From positions 18,101 through 82,100 of the forward strand of contig JBJDZG010000025.1 in NCBI GenBank assembly GCA_051867875.1: a stretch of DNA of 64,000 nt. The letters run 5' to 3'. This document shows positions 28,100 to 38,135 of the stretch, one piece after another. The notes below the pieces were generated by a model. The model did not search any database, was not told where the DNA came from, and saw only the letters and a list, made by a program, of their open reading frames with translations. This DNA is from Eubacteriales bacterium (GTDB taxonomy: Bacteria > Bacillota > Clostridia > Oscillospirales > CAG-272). The stretch's first letter is position 1. Each line of letters begins with the position of its first letter. Position numbers and translations under genes: made by a program.

Positions 28100-28934
28100 A
28101 ATTGATATCAAAAAAAGTATAATATACGCGATTCAGGGCGCTCTCGTGGGTGTCGGGGCTATACTTCCCGGCATCAGCGGCGGTGTGCTGTGCGTTGTTT
28201 TCGGAATTTATGAAACGCTGATGGCATTCTTTACGAATCCCGTCAAGGCTGTAAAAGAAAATTACAAAATGCTCATTCCGTTCGGAATCGGCGGAGTGCT
28301 CGGCTTCTTTTTACTCGCAAGGCTCGTGGAAATTTTCTTCGCGTTTGCTCCGGACGTGGCGATATTGCTTTTCTTCGGACTCGTCTGCGGAACTTTGCCC
28401 GAGCTCTTTAAGAGAAGCGAGGACGCCGACCCCGACAGAAAGGCGGGCTGGCTGCCCTTCGTCATTTCGGTTTCGGTTTCCTATCTTTTCTTCCATATAC
28501 TTGACGGCGGAGAGGCTCTCGTCGTTCCCGCGAATTTTGTCAGCTTCCTTTTCTGCGGATTTATGTGGGGTATAAGCATTATCGTTCCCGGTTTAAGCTC
28601 TTCAAGTCTGCTCATTTATCTCGGACTTTATGAGCCATTGGCAGGCGGAATAGCGGATTTCAATCTCGGCGTGCTCATTCCTTTCGGAATAGGAATCGTA
28701 ATTACGGTTTTGCTCTTGGCGAGAGTTGTGAATATGCTTTTCAAAAAGCAGTACGCTATCGTTTCACGAATTATTTTGGGATTTGTAATCTCATCGTCGC
28801 TGAAAACCATTCCGAGAAGCTTTGAGAGCGTTTGGACTATGGTAATTTCCCTCGTTTGCTTTGCTTTGGGATTTGCGGTCGCATTTATTATGGACCGTGC
28901 TGAAAATAAGCAAAATACCGAGGAAAAAGAATAA
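28089..28934 (+). CDS. DUF368 family membrane protein (putative undecaprenyl-phosphate translocase, PopT-type)
   Basis: LPGISGGVLCVVFGIYE motif and a second PGLSSSS half-repeat. Polytopic, 281 aa. Confidence 0.7.
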   Translation: MKIKIDIKKSIIYAIQGALVGVGAILPGISGGVLCVVFGIYETLMAFFTNPVKAVKENYKMLIPFGIGGVLGFFLLARLVEIFFAFAPDVAILLFFGLVCGTLPELFKRSEDADPDRKAGWLPFVISVSVSYLFFHILDGGEALVVPANFVSFLFCGFMWGISIIVPGLSSSSLLIYLGLYEPLAGGIADFNLGVLIPFGIGIVITVLLLARVVNMLFKKQYAIVSRIILGFVISSSLKTIPRSFESVWTMVISLVCFALGFAVAFIMDRAENKQNTEEKE

Positions 28935-28949
28935 CTTGGAGGTCTTATT

Positions 28950-29540
28950 TTGCATTTTATAGGATTTTTTGACTACACCGTAATATTAACTTATATAAGT
29001 TTTGCATCTTCCCTTGTCGGAATGGTGCTCGCTTACAGAGAAAATTTGCTCCTCGCCGTGCTGTGCCTTTTGTTTTCGGGCTTTTGCGACCTCTTTGACG
29101 GAATCGTGGCGAGAACAAAAAAGAACAGAACGCAGGACGAAAAGAATTTCGGAATCCAGCTTGACTCACTCTGCGACATTATTTGCTTCGGTGTTTTCCC
29201 TGCAATTCTCTTCTATCTTAGCGGAGTGGACAGCGCTCTCGGTGTTGTGATTTTGGTGCTTTATGTTCTCGCAGGACTTATAAGACTTGCCTTTTTCAAT
29301 GTTCTTGAAATATCAAGACAGGCGAATGAGGACGGTTGCGTGAAGTATTTTCGCGGTATGCCCATTACGTGCTCCTCGATAATTACTCCGATTGTTTTTC
29401 TCGTAGGCGCGTTTTTGCCCGCACCCGCGGCGCACGTGCTCTATTACATAGCCCCCGCAGTTATGGGATTTTTATTCGTTCTCGATATAAAAGTTCCCAA
29501 GCCCGACGTCGGCGCTCTCCTTTTCGGCAAGAAGAAATAG
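28950..29540 (+). CDS. CDP-alcohol phosphatidyltransferase (phosphatidylserine synthase-like)
   Basis: DLFDGIVAR...G.QLDSLCD motif. TTG start 7 nt after GGAGG. Ends with TAG. Confidence 0.7.
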   Translation: MHFIGFFDYTVILTYISFASSLVGMVLAYRENLLLAVLCLLFSGFCDLFDGIVARTKKNRTQDEKNFGIQLDSLCDIICFGVFPAILFYLSGVDSALGVVILVLYVLAGLIRLAFFNVLEISRQANEDGCVKYFRGMPITCSSIITPIVFLVGAFLPAPAAHVLYYIAPAVMGFLFVLDIKVPKPDVGALLFGKKK

Positions 29541-29556
29541 AATTGAATACAGAAAA

Positions 29557-29577
29557 GCACCCCGAAGGGTGCTTTTT
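29557..29577 (+). terminator. Intrinsic terminator
   Basis: GCACCC-CGAA-GGGTGC followed by TTTTT. Confidence 0.85.
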
Positions 29578-29584
29578 CGTTGTG

Positions 29585-29783
29585 TTCGCACTTGCCCAAG
29601 TGATTGTTTTGCCCCGCTTTTTCAAAAGCGGGCGCTCCGCGCGTAGCGGGAAAAACGGCGTTTCTCTTTTGCGAACTTTTCTCTTTGAGCCTTTTTTCTC
29701 AAAGAGAAAAGTGGATATTGGGGTTTCGGTATCTTTACGGTTACACGAACGCAATGCGGGGCGTCGGGGACGTCGCCCTCTAC
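29585..29783 (+). repeat. REP/BIME-like unit: hairpin module plus one forward REP core (29757-29783)
   Basis: CCCCGCTTTTTCAAAAGCGGGCG, CCGC-GCGTA-GCGG, CGGCGTTTCTCTTTTG and TTTTCTCTTTGAG/CTCAAAGAGAAAA, then GGGGCGTCGGGGACGTCGCCCTCTAC. Confidence 0.75.
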
Positions 29784-29829
29784 ATTGATGCGCGGTCGCC
29801 GAGCGTTTCTCTGTTTTTCGCGGATTGTT

Positions 29830-30603
29830 TTATTTCCTGTCTTCCTCAATCATCAGCTTAATAGCTTCAACGCACACGCGTATTGCTTCCTCGGTATCGA
29901 CGTTTTTGACGTCGTCGGAGTCGAGTCCTGCGTCGTATCTTTCCTGATTCCAAACGACGGAGAAGCAAGCGCCTGCGCGGACTTTAAGGAGAGCGGCGAC
30001 GACGAAAAGGGTAGATGCTTCCATTTCGCTCGCCTTAACTCCGAGCTTTTTCCAAGCGTCCCACTGAGCGAGAAGCTGGGGTGCGGTGGGCATTTTTGCG
30101 GGTCTGTGCTGACCGTAAAAGCTGTCCTTGCTCTGAACTACGCCTACGTGATAGCTGCTCTTATTGGCTTTTGCCGCTTCGATGAGGGGAATGAGCACCT
30201 CGGTCGTTGCAACGGCGGGGAACATAAGGGGCGCGTACTCAACGCTCGTGCCGTCCTGACGGACTGCGCCGTTTGCTATAACGACGTCGCCCGCCTTAAC
30301 GTCGAGGTCAATTCCGCCGCAAGTGCCTACGCGAATGAACGTATCAGCACCGCAAGCGGTGAGCTCTTCAACTGCTATTGCGGTGGAAGGACCGCCGATA
30401 CCCGTTGAGCAAACGGTAACCTTCTCGCCGAGAAGAGTGCCGTTCCAGATGCAGTATTCGCGGTTTGTGTCAAGGTGTACGGGATTATCAAAAAACTGAG
30501 CTATTTTTTCGCATCTGCCGGGGTCGCCGGGGAGAATGCAGTATCTTCCTACCTCGCCGAATGATGCGGGTACGTGGTATTGTCTTCCTTCTGTCTGAAG
30601 CAT
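29830..30603 (-). CDS. Nucleoside phosphorylase, uridine phosphorylase-like (PNP_UDP_1 family)
   Basis: 257 aa. ILPGDPGR and STGIGGPS motifs are typical of Udp/DeoD-type enzymes. Confidence 0.8.
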   Translation of the reverse strand: MLQTEGRQYHVPASFGEVGRYCILPGDPGRCEKIAQFFDNPVHLDTNREYCIWNGTLLGEKVTVCSTGIGGPSTAIAVEELTACGADTFIRVGTCGGIDLDVKAGDVVIANGAVRQDGTSVEYAPLMFPAVATTEVLIPLIEAAKANKSSYHVGVVQSKDSFYGQHRPAKMPTAPQLLAQWDAWKKLGVKASEMEASTLFVVAALLKVRAGACFSVVWNQERYDAGLDSDDVKNVDTEEAIRVCVEAIKLMIEEDRK

Positions 30604-30607
30604 AATA

Positions 30608-31213
30608 TTACTTCCTTTCTATCCTTTTATTAGTAGATTTGTGTTTTTTCTTCTTTTTTACGGAGAAGCCGAAGCTTCCGATTTTCTTGCCGAGCTCGAA
30701 ATATTCGCCGTGCGCGAACGCGGAGAGATTTGCGCGCTCCAAGCAGAGCTTGCCGTTTTCGTCAAGAAGGCTTTCGTCTACGTTTACGCAAAGAATGTCC
30801 GCGACAAACATATCGTGAGAGCCGAGCGGAACTACGTCCGTAACACGGCATTCGATATTGAGGGGGCTTTGCTCAATCATGGGGCAATCGACCTGCGTGC
30901 CCTTGATTTTGGTGAATTTGCACCTATCAAATTTATTGACCTTTTTGCCCGTATATATTCCGCAGAAGTCCGCCTCTTTGACGAGGCTTGCGGGAGTTAA
31001 GTTGATAATGAACTCGCCCTTTTCCTTGATTATTCCGTAGGAATGACGGCTCGGGCGCACCGAGATATAGGTTTTCGGCGGAATCGTATTGAGAATACCC
31101 GTCCAGGCAATCGTGATGATATTGGACTCTTCCATATCGCCGCAGCTTACCATAACGGGTGGAATGGGTGCTATTAATGCACCGCCTTTCCAGTTGACTT
31201 TTTTTGCAGCCAT
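30608..31213 (-). CDS. Flavin reductase family protein
   Basis: 201 aa with a flavin-reductase-like N-terminal core (MVSCGD..NIITIAW..ISVRPSR) and a Lys-rich tail. Confidence 0.7.
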   Translation of the reverse strand: MAAKKVNWKGGALIAPIPPVMVSCGDMEESNIITIAWTGILNTIPPKTYISVRPSRHSYGIIKEKGEFIINLTPASLVKEADFCGIYTGKKVNKFDRCKFTKIKGTQVDCPMIEQSPLNIECRVTDVVPLGSHDMFVADILCVNVDESLLDENGKLCLERANLSAFAHGEYFELGKKIGSFGFSVKKKKKHKSTNKRIERK

Positions 31214-31716
31214 TATTCTTCGATGATTTCAATGGACGAAATTACTACGTCCTTGCGGGGGCAATCCTGATACATCCACATTTTCGTGGTGGTGGGGACA
31301 TTTGCTATTTTATCGATTACGTCAAGTCCCTCAAAGACCTTGCCGAATCCTGCGTACTGACCGTCGAGATGAGGAGCGCGCGCGTGCATAATGAAAAACT
31401 GACTTGACGCGGAGTTGGGCGCGCTCGTTCTTGCCATCGAGAGAACGCCTCTCTCGTGTTTTAAGTCGTTCTTAAAGCCGTTGGCGGTGAACTCTCCCTT
31501 GATTGAATTTGCGTCCTTATGGTTGAAATCTGTGTCAAAGCCGCCACCTTGAATCATAAATCCCGGGATAACGCGGTGGAATATAAGACCGTCAAAGAAG
31601 TGATTTTTTACAAGACCGAGAAAATTTTCGACCGTTGCGGGTGCTATTTCCGGATATAGCTCCGCGCACATCGTGCCGAAGCCTTCAACGTTGATTTTGA
31701 TTTTCGGATTGCTCAT
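31213..31716 (-). CDS. ppiB: Peptidyl-prolyl cis-trans isomerase, cyclophilin type
   Basis: FHRVIPGFMIQGGG, SMAR and SQFFI motifs. 167 aa. Confidence 0.9.
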   Translation of the reverse strand: MSNPKIKINVEGFGTMCAELYPEIAPATVENFLGLVKNHFFDGLIFHRVIPGFMIQGGGFDTDFNHKDANSIKGEFTANGFKNDLKHERGVLSMARTSAPNSASSQFFIMHARAPHLDGQYAGFGKVFEGLDVIDKIANVPTTTKMWMYQDCPRKDVVISSIEIIEE

Positions 31717-31730
31717 TTTAGTAATCTCCT

Positions 31731-32135
31731 TTAAGTGTTTTTGCTGTCAAGTGCGGCGATTTTGTCGGCGTAGGCGAGTGCGAAAAGCTCTGCAATCCTA
31801 TCTCGCTCACCGCGAAGATGAAGATAGCCGAAAAGTGCTTCCATACCCGTTGCCATACGGTACTGACCTACCGTTGCGGACTTCGGCGTGTTGGTGTGTC
31901 CGATGTTTCTTCCGCGTTTGTAAAGCGCATTTTCCTCGTCCGTGAGTGCGGGAATAATATTTATCATCGCCTGTGCCTGCGCCTCGGCTTTAACGAAAGC
32001 AAGGGCCTCGGTATTCAGATTCTTTGCGCTTGAAATGCCGTGCCCGACAAGCAACTCGCGCACGCAGACTTCAAGGACGCTGTCCCCGAGATACGCAAGC
32101 GACGCCGTGCTTATCTCTCCTAACGCCTTTGACAT
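31731..32135 (-). CDS. mrnC: Mini-ribonuclease 3
   Basis: 134 aa. LAYLGDSVLEV is an RNase III signature in a Mini-III sized protein. Confidence 0.8.
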   Translation of the reverse strand: MSKALGEISTASLAYLGDSVLEVCVRELLVGHGISSAKNLNTEALAFVKAEAQAQAMINIIPALTDEENALYKRGRNIGHTNTPKSATVGQYRMATGMEALFGYLHLRGERDRIAELFALAYADKIAALDSKNT

Positions 32136-32210
32136 TTTGCCACCTCGATTTTGTGAAATAGTTATTTATTATAATAATATCACACGCCGCGGAAAAAGTC
32201 AAGAGGTAAG

Positions 32211-32236
32211 AAAAAAGGAGCTTTCGCTCCTTTTTT
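32211..32236 (-). terminator. Intrinsic terminator after the GDPD gene
   Basis: AAAAAAGGAGC-TTTC-GCTCCTTTTTT. Confidence 0.8.
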
Positions 32237-32240
32237 CATA

Positions 32241-33269
32241 TTATTCGGTATCCATAGAATCGAGCAGATTGCCGAGCTTATGCGGATAATCCGTCATAAT
32301 GGCATCTGCGCCGTTCTCGATAAGCGTTACCATATCGTCAACTTCGTTTATCGTCCAATAGTGAGTTGCGATATTGTGCTTATGCGCGTTCTTTATGAGG
32401 CGCGGGGTGGAAAGATTAAATCCGTACTCGCTCATCGGAATCTGCAAAACGCTGATGTCGTCGCCAAAGAACATATCAAGACCGAACAGATAGAGTGCGT
32501 AATATTTTACGGCTGCGCCCATGGCGGGGGAGCACATAAACGTATCGGGAACTTCGCCCTCACGCTGAAGTCTTTGATATTCCTCGTAAATTTCATCGTG
32601 GAAGCTTGCGAAAATAATTCTGTCAAATGCGTCGTATTTTTCAACTATGCGAAGCGCCTCTTTAACTGCAAGAAGTCCCGTTTCGCCGCTCTGCTTAATT
32701 TCGATACTGATAATGTTGTTGGGGAAGGCGACGAGCAGCTCTTCGAGAGTCGTGGCGATGAAAATTTCCTTATCGCGTCCGGGGAGTCCTTCCGAATACT
32801 CACCGCCGAGCGTTGAGGGATAAACGACTTTTCCATATTCGTCCATATAGAGAGTTTTTTCGCCCTCGGCTTTGTTATAATAACCGAAATTGACCTTTTG
32901 CTCAATAAGATCTGCGTATGTCCAGTCGCGGACTTCGCCGTTTACGCTTGTCGTTCTGTCAAGAGTGGTGTCGTGGCAGAGAATAAGCACGCCGTCGGCG
33001 GTAAGATTGATATCCGTTTCCATTACGACGTTTTCGTCCACGCTGTATGCGTTGTAAAACGCCTCAAGCGTATTTCCGGGGAACTCGCCCGCTCCGCCTC
33101 TGTGGGCTACGAGAAGTGGTTTATTGCCGTCGCCTTTTAAGAGGGGGTTATCGCCCTTGTGATTTTGCGGACGGGGCCATACGGTCAGAACCGTAATTAC
33201 AAGCGACAGGACGAGTAAAATTACGATAGCTACGTACGAAGCCGAGCCCTTCTTTCTTAAATTCAGCAT
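32241..33269 (-). CDS. Membrane-anchored glycerophosphodiester phosphodiesterase family protein
   Basis: VAHRGG...PGNTLEAF and ETDINLT motifs with an N-terminal TM. ATG 33269 lies after AAGGAGG and is preferred over 33353. Confidence 0.8.
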   Translation of the reverse strand: MLNLRKKGSASYVAIVILLVLSLVITVLTVWPRPQNHKGDNPLLKGDGNKPLLVAHRGGAGEFPGNTLEAFYNAYSVDENVVMETDINLTADGVLILCHDTTLDRTTSVNGEVRDWTYADLIEQKVNFGYYNKAEGEKTLYMDEYGKVVYPSTLGGEYSEGLPGRDKEIFIATTLEELLVAFPNNIISIEIKQSGETGLLAVKEALRIVEKYDAFDRIIFASFHDEIYEEYQRLQREGEVPDTFMCSPAMGAAVKYYALYLFGLDMFFGDDISVLQIPMSEYGFNLSTPRLIKNAHKHNIATHYWTINEVDDMVTLIENGADAIMTDYPHKLGNLLDSMDTE

Positions 33270-33440
33270 AAAAAACCTCCTTATGAGTTTTATGTAAGCT
33301 CTTCGCTTTACCTGATTATACCACGGCTGTAACGAAAAGTAAAGCAAATTCACATTTTGTTTACAATTTGTGTTGACAATGCCGCCTTTTTTGGAGTATA
33401 ATAAGCATGAAAAATATCCAAAAAGAAGGGCAGTATTAAA

Positions 33441-34637
33441 ATGGACAAAATTCTTATAGCGTTACTCGTTGTCGTTGCCGTTATTGTTGGCGCGTTCGTG
33501 GGCTTGGATTTTGCCAACAAGGCAAATGAGGAAGATATGCTCGCGTACGTTGACGGTTTTTCCAAGGTGGAGATTGAAAATCAGCTCACCCCGTCCTACG
33601 ACGAGTACGGAAATGCTTATTTTGAGACCGACGGTGATTTTAAGGTTATGCAGCTTACGGACATTCATCTGGTCGGCGGAGCTTTATTTGCAGAGAGCGA
33701 CAAAAAGGCTCTGAACGCAGTAGCGGCTATGATTGAAGCTGAAAAACCCGACCTTGTGGTCGTTACGGGAGATATCTCGTATGCTATGATTTATTTTGGT
33801 ATTGTAGATAATTCGTATGCACATTCGTATTTCATAAGACTTATGGAAAATCTCGGCGTTTATTACACCGTAACCTTCGGAAATCACGACGCGGAAAATT
33901 ACAATTACAGAAGCAGAGCCTACGTTGCGGATATGTATGCCTCCGACGACTTGAAATACTCACTCTTTGCACATAGCCCCGAAGGAGTGAGCGGAGAGGG
34001 AAATCACGTCATAAACGTCAAAAATTCTGCGGGTGAAATCAGCAAGTCCCTGATTATGCTCGACTCACACGCCTATATGCCCTGGGATTTATTCGGACTT
34101 CTTTGGGATTACGAGGCGATAAATCAGAATCAGGTGGACTGGTACAGAGAGATTATCTAGCTTTATTCGCCCAAATCCAGTTTGCTTTTCTTCCACATTC
34201 CGATTAAGGAAGTTAAATATTCCTACGACGAGTTTATTGCAAATGAACGTAAGGACACCGAGGACGCAAAGTGGCTCGGCGGACACGACGGCGAAAAGGA
34301 TGACGTTGTATACTGCCCCGACACCGACGAAAATCTTTTTGAAACGGTGCTCGAGCTCGGAAACACAAGGGCGATGTTCTTCGGCCACGACCATTTCAAC
34401 AATTTCGTTATGAAATACAAGGGCGTTATTTTATCATACGGTTACAGCATTGACTATGTTGCATACGGCGACATCGGTGAAAAGGGATATCAGCGCGGTT
34501 GTACTATACTCACCCTCACTCCCGACGGTGAGTTCGACGAGAGCAATATAGTTCACAAGAATTATTATACCGAGAATTATCCTTCGGTTTATCCAAAGGA
34601 AGAAGTTGATATGTATCCTTATTTTGATAAGGAATAA
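33441..34637 (+). pseudogene. Metallophosphoesterase (calcineurin-like) interrupted by one in-frame TAG at 34158-34160
   Basis: The N-terminal part has DIH, GD and GNHD motifs and the C-terminal part has FFHIP and GHDH motifs. Both ORFs (33441-34160 and 34182-34637) are in the same frame. Confidence 0.7.
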
Positions 34638-34644
34638 AAGTAAC

Positions 34645-34676
34645 AAAAAGACCAAGGCGGTTTGCCTTGGTCTTTT
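34645..34676. terminator. Bidirectional intrinsic terminator
   Basis: AAAAAGACCAAGGC-GGTT-TGCCTTGGTCTTTTT. Confidence 0.85.
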
Positions 34677-34678
34677 TG

Positions 34679-36112
34679 TTACTTATCTTCTTTCTTAAAT
34701 TGCTTCTCGTAGATTAAAACCGCAATAACAAGCGCGGTTGTATAATAGAAGCCGGGGTAGATATTGAAAAGATGATTGTCGAGAATGCTTCCCGTGAGGA
34801 GCATCGAAGCGCTGACCATCAGCATAAAGCGGTCAAGCGTGGGCTTGCGGAAAATATATTTGAGCGTGCAAGCTCTGTAAAATCCGTAGCAGAGCGTGCC
34901 GACTGCGCCCATTCCCGCAAGGAGCTGGAAGAGCGTATTGTGAGCAAAATGAGGAATGATTGACGCCATGGGCGTTGCGATGAAGCCCATCTCCTCGCCG
35001 TAGAAGCCCACGCCGAAAATGGGATTTTCCTTGAATATTTCAAAGCAACGAAGCCAGATGTCTATTCTTCCCGCGCTCGAATTGTTGAGGTCGTTATGCG
35101 TGAAGTCATCGACCTTCGTTCTTTCAATATAGTGTTTAATAAGCGTGATAAATTCGTCCTTGAAGAAAAGCAGGATAACCGCTGCGACGGCAACTATTGA
35201 AACGGGTACGATAATGCGCGCTATCTTCTTTCTCTCGCCTGCAAACATCATGAAAACAAAGCAGAATGCAAAATAAATTCCGCCGATGAGCACTGCGTTT
35301 CTCGACGTGCTCGTGAGCGTTGCGCCGAAGAGGGCAAACGCGGTGAAGAGGTGGAGATACGGAGCGAATTTGCATTTATTCTTCATAAATCCGTAGAAAT
35401 TCATCGGAATGAGGTTCGCAAGCACGAAGCCGACGGCGTTCTGTTTGCCGAATCCAAGGGTGAACGCACCTCTGTCGATTCCGCCGTCAACGAAGAGCTT
35501 ACCCGACAGGTAAATTCCCGCGACCTGTATAAGGAGTATCCACGAAATAAGCAAGGTTATGTATGTGAAATAATCTGTAATCTCGTTTACGTCTTCCTCC
35601 ATAAGCCCGAGGTAGAGCATTAAGAAGAGAATTACGTAAACTACGACCAGCGCAAGTCCCCAAAGGAGATTTCCGATAGTGTAATCGTCTGCAAAAAGTC
35701 CGTTACTTACAAGTCCGAAGGCGAGTGCGAGCATCGGAACGAAGAGCGGAATTTTGAAGAAATTTATCTTGGTAAAGAATTTATTTCTGAGCGCGTAAAT
35801 GAATCCGCAAACTACGAATGCAACCGCTCCGCCTATTAAGAGGTAGGGGCGTATTCCCGTCGAGTAGTTATCGGAGCGTGTCGGGTCCATGGGCGAATTT
35901 GCTACCGTCATCTGATAGAAGAAGGTCAGCACGAAGAACATCATCGGTTTTACCGAGCGTGAGGTGAGAAATGCCACGCTGACGACGAGCATATTCAGCG
36001 CCGCGGTGTACGCCTCAATCTCAAAGAAATAACCGATAAGAATTAACGCGCTCATTACGAGCGGATAGATTTTGCCCGAGAAAAATTCGGAATTGATTTT
36101 GAGCTTTTGCAT
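34679..36112 (-). CDS. O-antigen ligase/polymerase-like (Wzy_C family) polytopic membrane protein
   Basis: 477 aa with at least 10 TM segments. RNAVLIGG ... HAHNTLFQLLAGMGAVG resembles the Wzy_C loop. Confidence 0.6.
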   Translation of the reverse strand: MQKLKINSEFFSGKIYPLVMSALILIGYFFEIEAYTAALNMLVVSVAFLTSRSVKPMMFFVLTFFYQMTVANSPMDPTRSDNYSTGIRPYLLIGGAVAFVVCGFIYALRNKFFTKINFFKIPLFVPMLALAFGLVSNGLFADDYTIGNLLWGLALVVVYVILFLMLYLGLMEEDVNEITDYFTYITLLISWILLIQVAGIYLSGKLFVDGGIDRGAFTLGFGKQNAVGFVLANLIPMNFYGFMKNKCKFAPYLHLFTAFALFGATLTSTSRNAVLIGGIYFAFCFVFMMFAGERKKIARIIVPVSIVAVAAVILLFFKDEFITLIKHYIERTKVDDFTHNDLNNSSAGRIDIWLRCFEIFKENPIFGVGFYGEEMGFIATPMASIIPHFAHNTLFQLLAGMGAVGTLCYGFYRACTLKYIFRKPTLDRFMLMVSASMLLTGSILDNHLFNIYPGFYYTTALVIAVLIYEKQFKKEDK

Positions 36113-36254
36113 TTTTTAGCCTTTCTGATAAGGACGAGCCCTGTCGAAAAATGTTATTGTTCATACATTATACAACTTTAATTTGCGTTTGTCAAGGGGC
36201 GCTCGGGGTGCGAGCTGTTGAAAAATATTAAATCGGTAAAATTGCATTTATCTA

Positions 36255-36283
36255 TTGACAAGGTGGGTAAAACATGGTACAAT
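36255..36283 (+). promoter_or_regulatory. Sigma-A promoter for nifS-nifU
   Basis: TTGACA, 17-nt spacer, TACAAT. Confidence 0.7.
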
Positions 36284-36286
36284 TTA

Positions 36287-36311
36287 TTTACCTACTTAAA
36301 CAGTAGGTAAA
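36287..36311. promoter_or_regulatory. Palindromic operator candidate (Rrf2/IscR-CymR type) overlapping the transcription start region
   Basis: TTTACCTAC-TTAAACA-GTAGGTAAA: perfect 9-bp arms with a 7-nt spacer, 3 nt after the -10. Confidence 0.5.
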
Positions 36312-36387
36312 TATGAATAAGCATTACGAAAAGCACGCGCAGGACGTAATTTTTTCAAAGCGCGGTTTTAGGACAGAGGATAAAAAT

Positions 36388-37578
36388 ATGATTTATGCAG
36401 ATAACGCAGCTACTACGAAACTCAGTGACACGGCAATAGATGCAATGATTCCGTGCATGAGAGAAACATACGGCAATCCCTCGAGTTTATACGCTTTTGG
36501 GCAGAAAGCAAAGGAAATTCTCGAGGATTCAAGGAGCAGAGTCGCAAAGACTCTGGGGTGTGAGGCGCGCGAGATAATCTTCACCTCGGGCGGAAGCGAG
36601 TCGGACAATCAGGCAATTATTTCCGCCGCGAGGCTTGGCGAGAGGAAGAACAAAAAGCACATCGTTTCTACGGCATTTGAGCATCACGCCGTCTTGCACA
36701 CACTTGAAAAGCTCAAATTACAGGGCTTTGAGATAACTCTGCTCGACGTTCACGAAAACGGCATCGTGACGCCCGATCAGGTGAGGGAGGCGATTCGTGA
36801 GGACACTTGTCTTGTCAGCGTCATGTACGCAAACAACGAAATCGGCACTGTTCAGCCCATTGAAGAGATTGGAAAGGTCTGTTGCGAGAGGGGAGTGCTC
36901 TTCCACACAGACGCCGTTCAGGCGGTTGGACATCTTCACATTGACGTCAGGGCGCAAAATATCGATATGCTTTCTCTTTCGGCGCATAAGTTCGGCGGTC
37001 CCAAGGGCGTCGGTGCCCTTTATTGCAGAAAGGGAATCCCCATTGAGCCGATTATAAACGGCGGCGCGCAGGAGAGGGGCAAGCGAGCGGGAACGGAAAA
37101 TCTGCCCGCTATCGTGGGAATGGCGGCGGCGCTTGAAGAGTCGTGCTCAAAAATCGACGAGTCTTACGCAAAACTTTGCACACTTCGTGACAAATTGATT
37201 GACGGGCTTGATAAAATTCCATATTCAGAGCTTAACGGCGACAGAAATTCAAGGCTTCCCGGCAACGTAAGCTTCTGTTTTGAAGGAATTGAGGGCGAAT
37301 CGCTGATACTTTTGCTTGACGACAGAGGAATTTGCGTTTCCTCGGGCTCTGCCTGCACGTCGGGCTCGCTTGATCCGAGCCACGTTCTGCTTGCTATCGG
37401 CAGACCTCACGAGGTCGCGCACGGCTCACTCCGTCTGTCGCTCGGCGACGATATCACCGAGACGGACGTCGATTATATCATCAGTTCCGTTACCGAGGTG
37501 GTGGGGTATCTCCGCAATATGTCACCCTTCTGGCGGGAGCTTGTAAACGGCAAGCGAAACCATATTTTCGCAGAATGA
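36388..37578 (+). CDS. nifS: Cysteine desulfurase (NifS type)
   Basis: MIYADNAATT N-terminus, SAHKFGGPKG (PLP lysine) and SSGSACTSG active-site loop. ATG 36388 lies 7 nt after GAGGA. The alternative upstream ATG at 36313 is less likely. Confidence 0.9.
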   Translation: MIYADNAATTKLSDTAIDAMIPCMRETYGNPSSLYAFGQKAKEILEDSRSRVAKTLGCEAREIIFTSGGSESDNQAIISAARLGERKNKKHIVSTAFEHHAVLHTLEKLKLQGFEITLLDVHENGIVTPDQVREAIREDTCLVSVMYANNEIGTVQPIEEIGKVCCERGVLFHTDAVQAVGHLHIDVRAQNIDMLSLSAHKFGGPKGVGALYCRKGIPIEPIINGGAQERGKRAGTENLPAIVGMAAALEESCSKIDESYAKLCTLRDKLIDGLDKIPYSELNGDRNSRLPGNVSFCFEGIEGESLILLLDDRGICVSSGSACTSGSLDPSHVLLAIGRPHEVAHGSLRLSLGDDITETDVDYIISSVTEVVGYLRNMSPFWRELVNGKRNHIFAE

Positions 37579-37592
37579 GAGGTAAAAAGAAA

Positions 37593-38021
37593 ATGGCTTT
37601 ATACAGTGAAAAAGTAATGGACCACTTCCGCAATCCGCGAAACGTGGGAGTAATTGAGGACGCGGACGGTGTCGGTGAGGTCGGCAATCCCGTCTGCGGG
37701 GATATTATGAAAATTTATCTTAAAATCGAGAACGATATTATTACCGACGTGAAATTTGAAACCTTCGGCTGCGGAAGCGCGATAGCGTCGAGCTCAATGG
37801 CGACGGAAATGATAAAGGGAAAGCCGATTTCAGAGGCGTTGGGGGTTACGAACAAGGCGGTCACGGAGGCTCTTGACGGGCTTCCCGCGCACAAGCTGCA
37901 CTGCTCGGTGCTTGCGGAAGAGGCTATCAAAAAGGCGATTAAGGACTACTACGACAGAAACGGAATTGAGTACGACTGCTCGCTTTTCCCCGATTGCGAC
38001 AGCTGCTCGCACTGCGGCTGA
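37593..38021 (+). CDS. nifU: Fe-S cluster assembly scaffold (NifU/IscU type)
   Basis: NPRNVG, GNPVCGD, FGCGSAIASSS and LHCS motifs give the three ligand cysteines. Confidence 0.9.
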   Translation: MALYSEKVMDHFRNPRNVGVIEDADGVGEVGNPVCGDIMKIYLKIENDIITDVKFETFGCGSAIASSSMATEMIKGKPISEALGVTNKAVTEALDGLPAHKLHCSVLAEEAIKKAIKDYYDRNGIEYDCSLFPDCDSCSHCG

Positions 38022-38135
38022 GTTTCAGTTGATTTAATTTGATTAACTGATTGATTTGGCGATTATTCCTCAGACGGGGCTTGATTATCCGTTTGCTTTG
38101 CGGTATAATAGGAATAGGAAACGAGGTGTGATGCG

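Noticed and set aside
34158-34160. Recoded TAG (pyrrolysine or reassigned stop).
   Set aside because: No pyl genes are visible and TAG terminates the pssA-like gene at 29538-29540. A nonsense mutation or a sequence variant is the simpler explanation.
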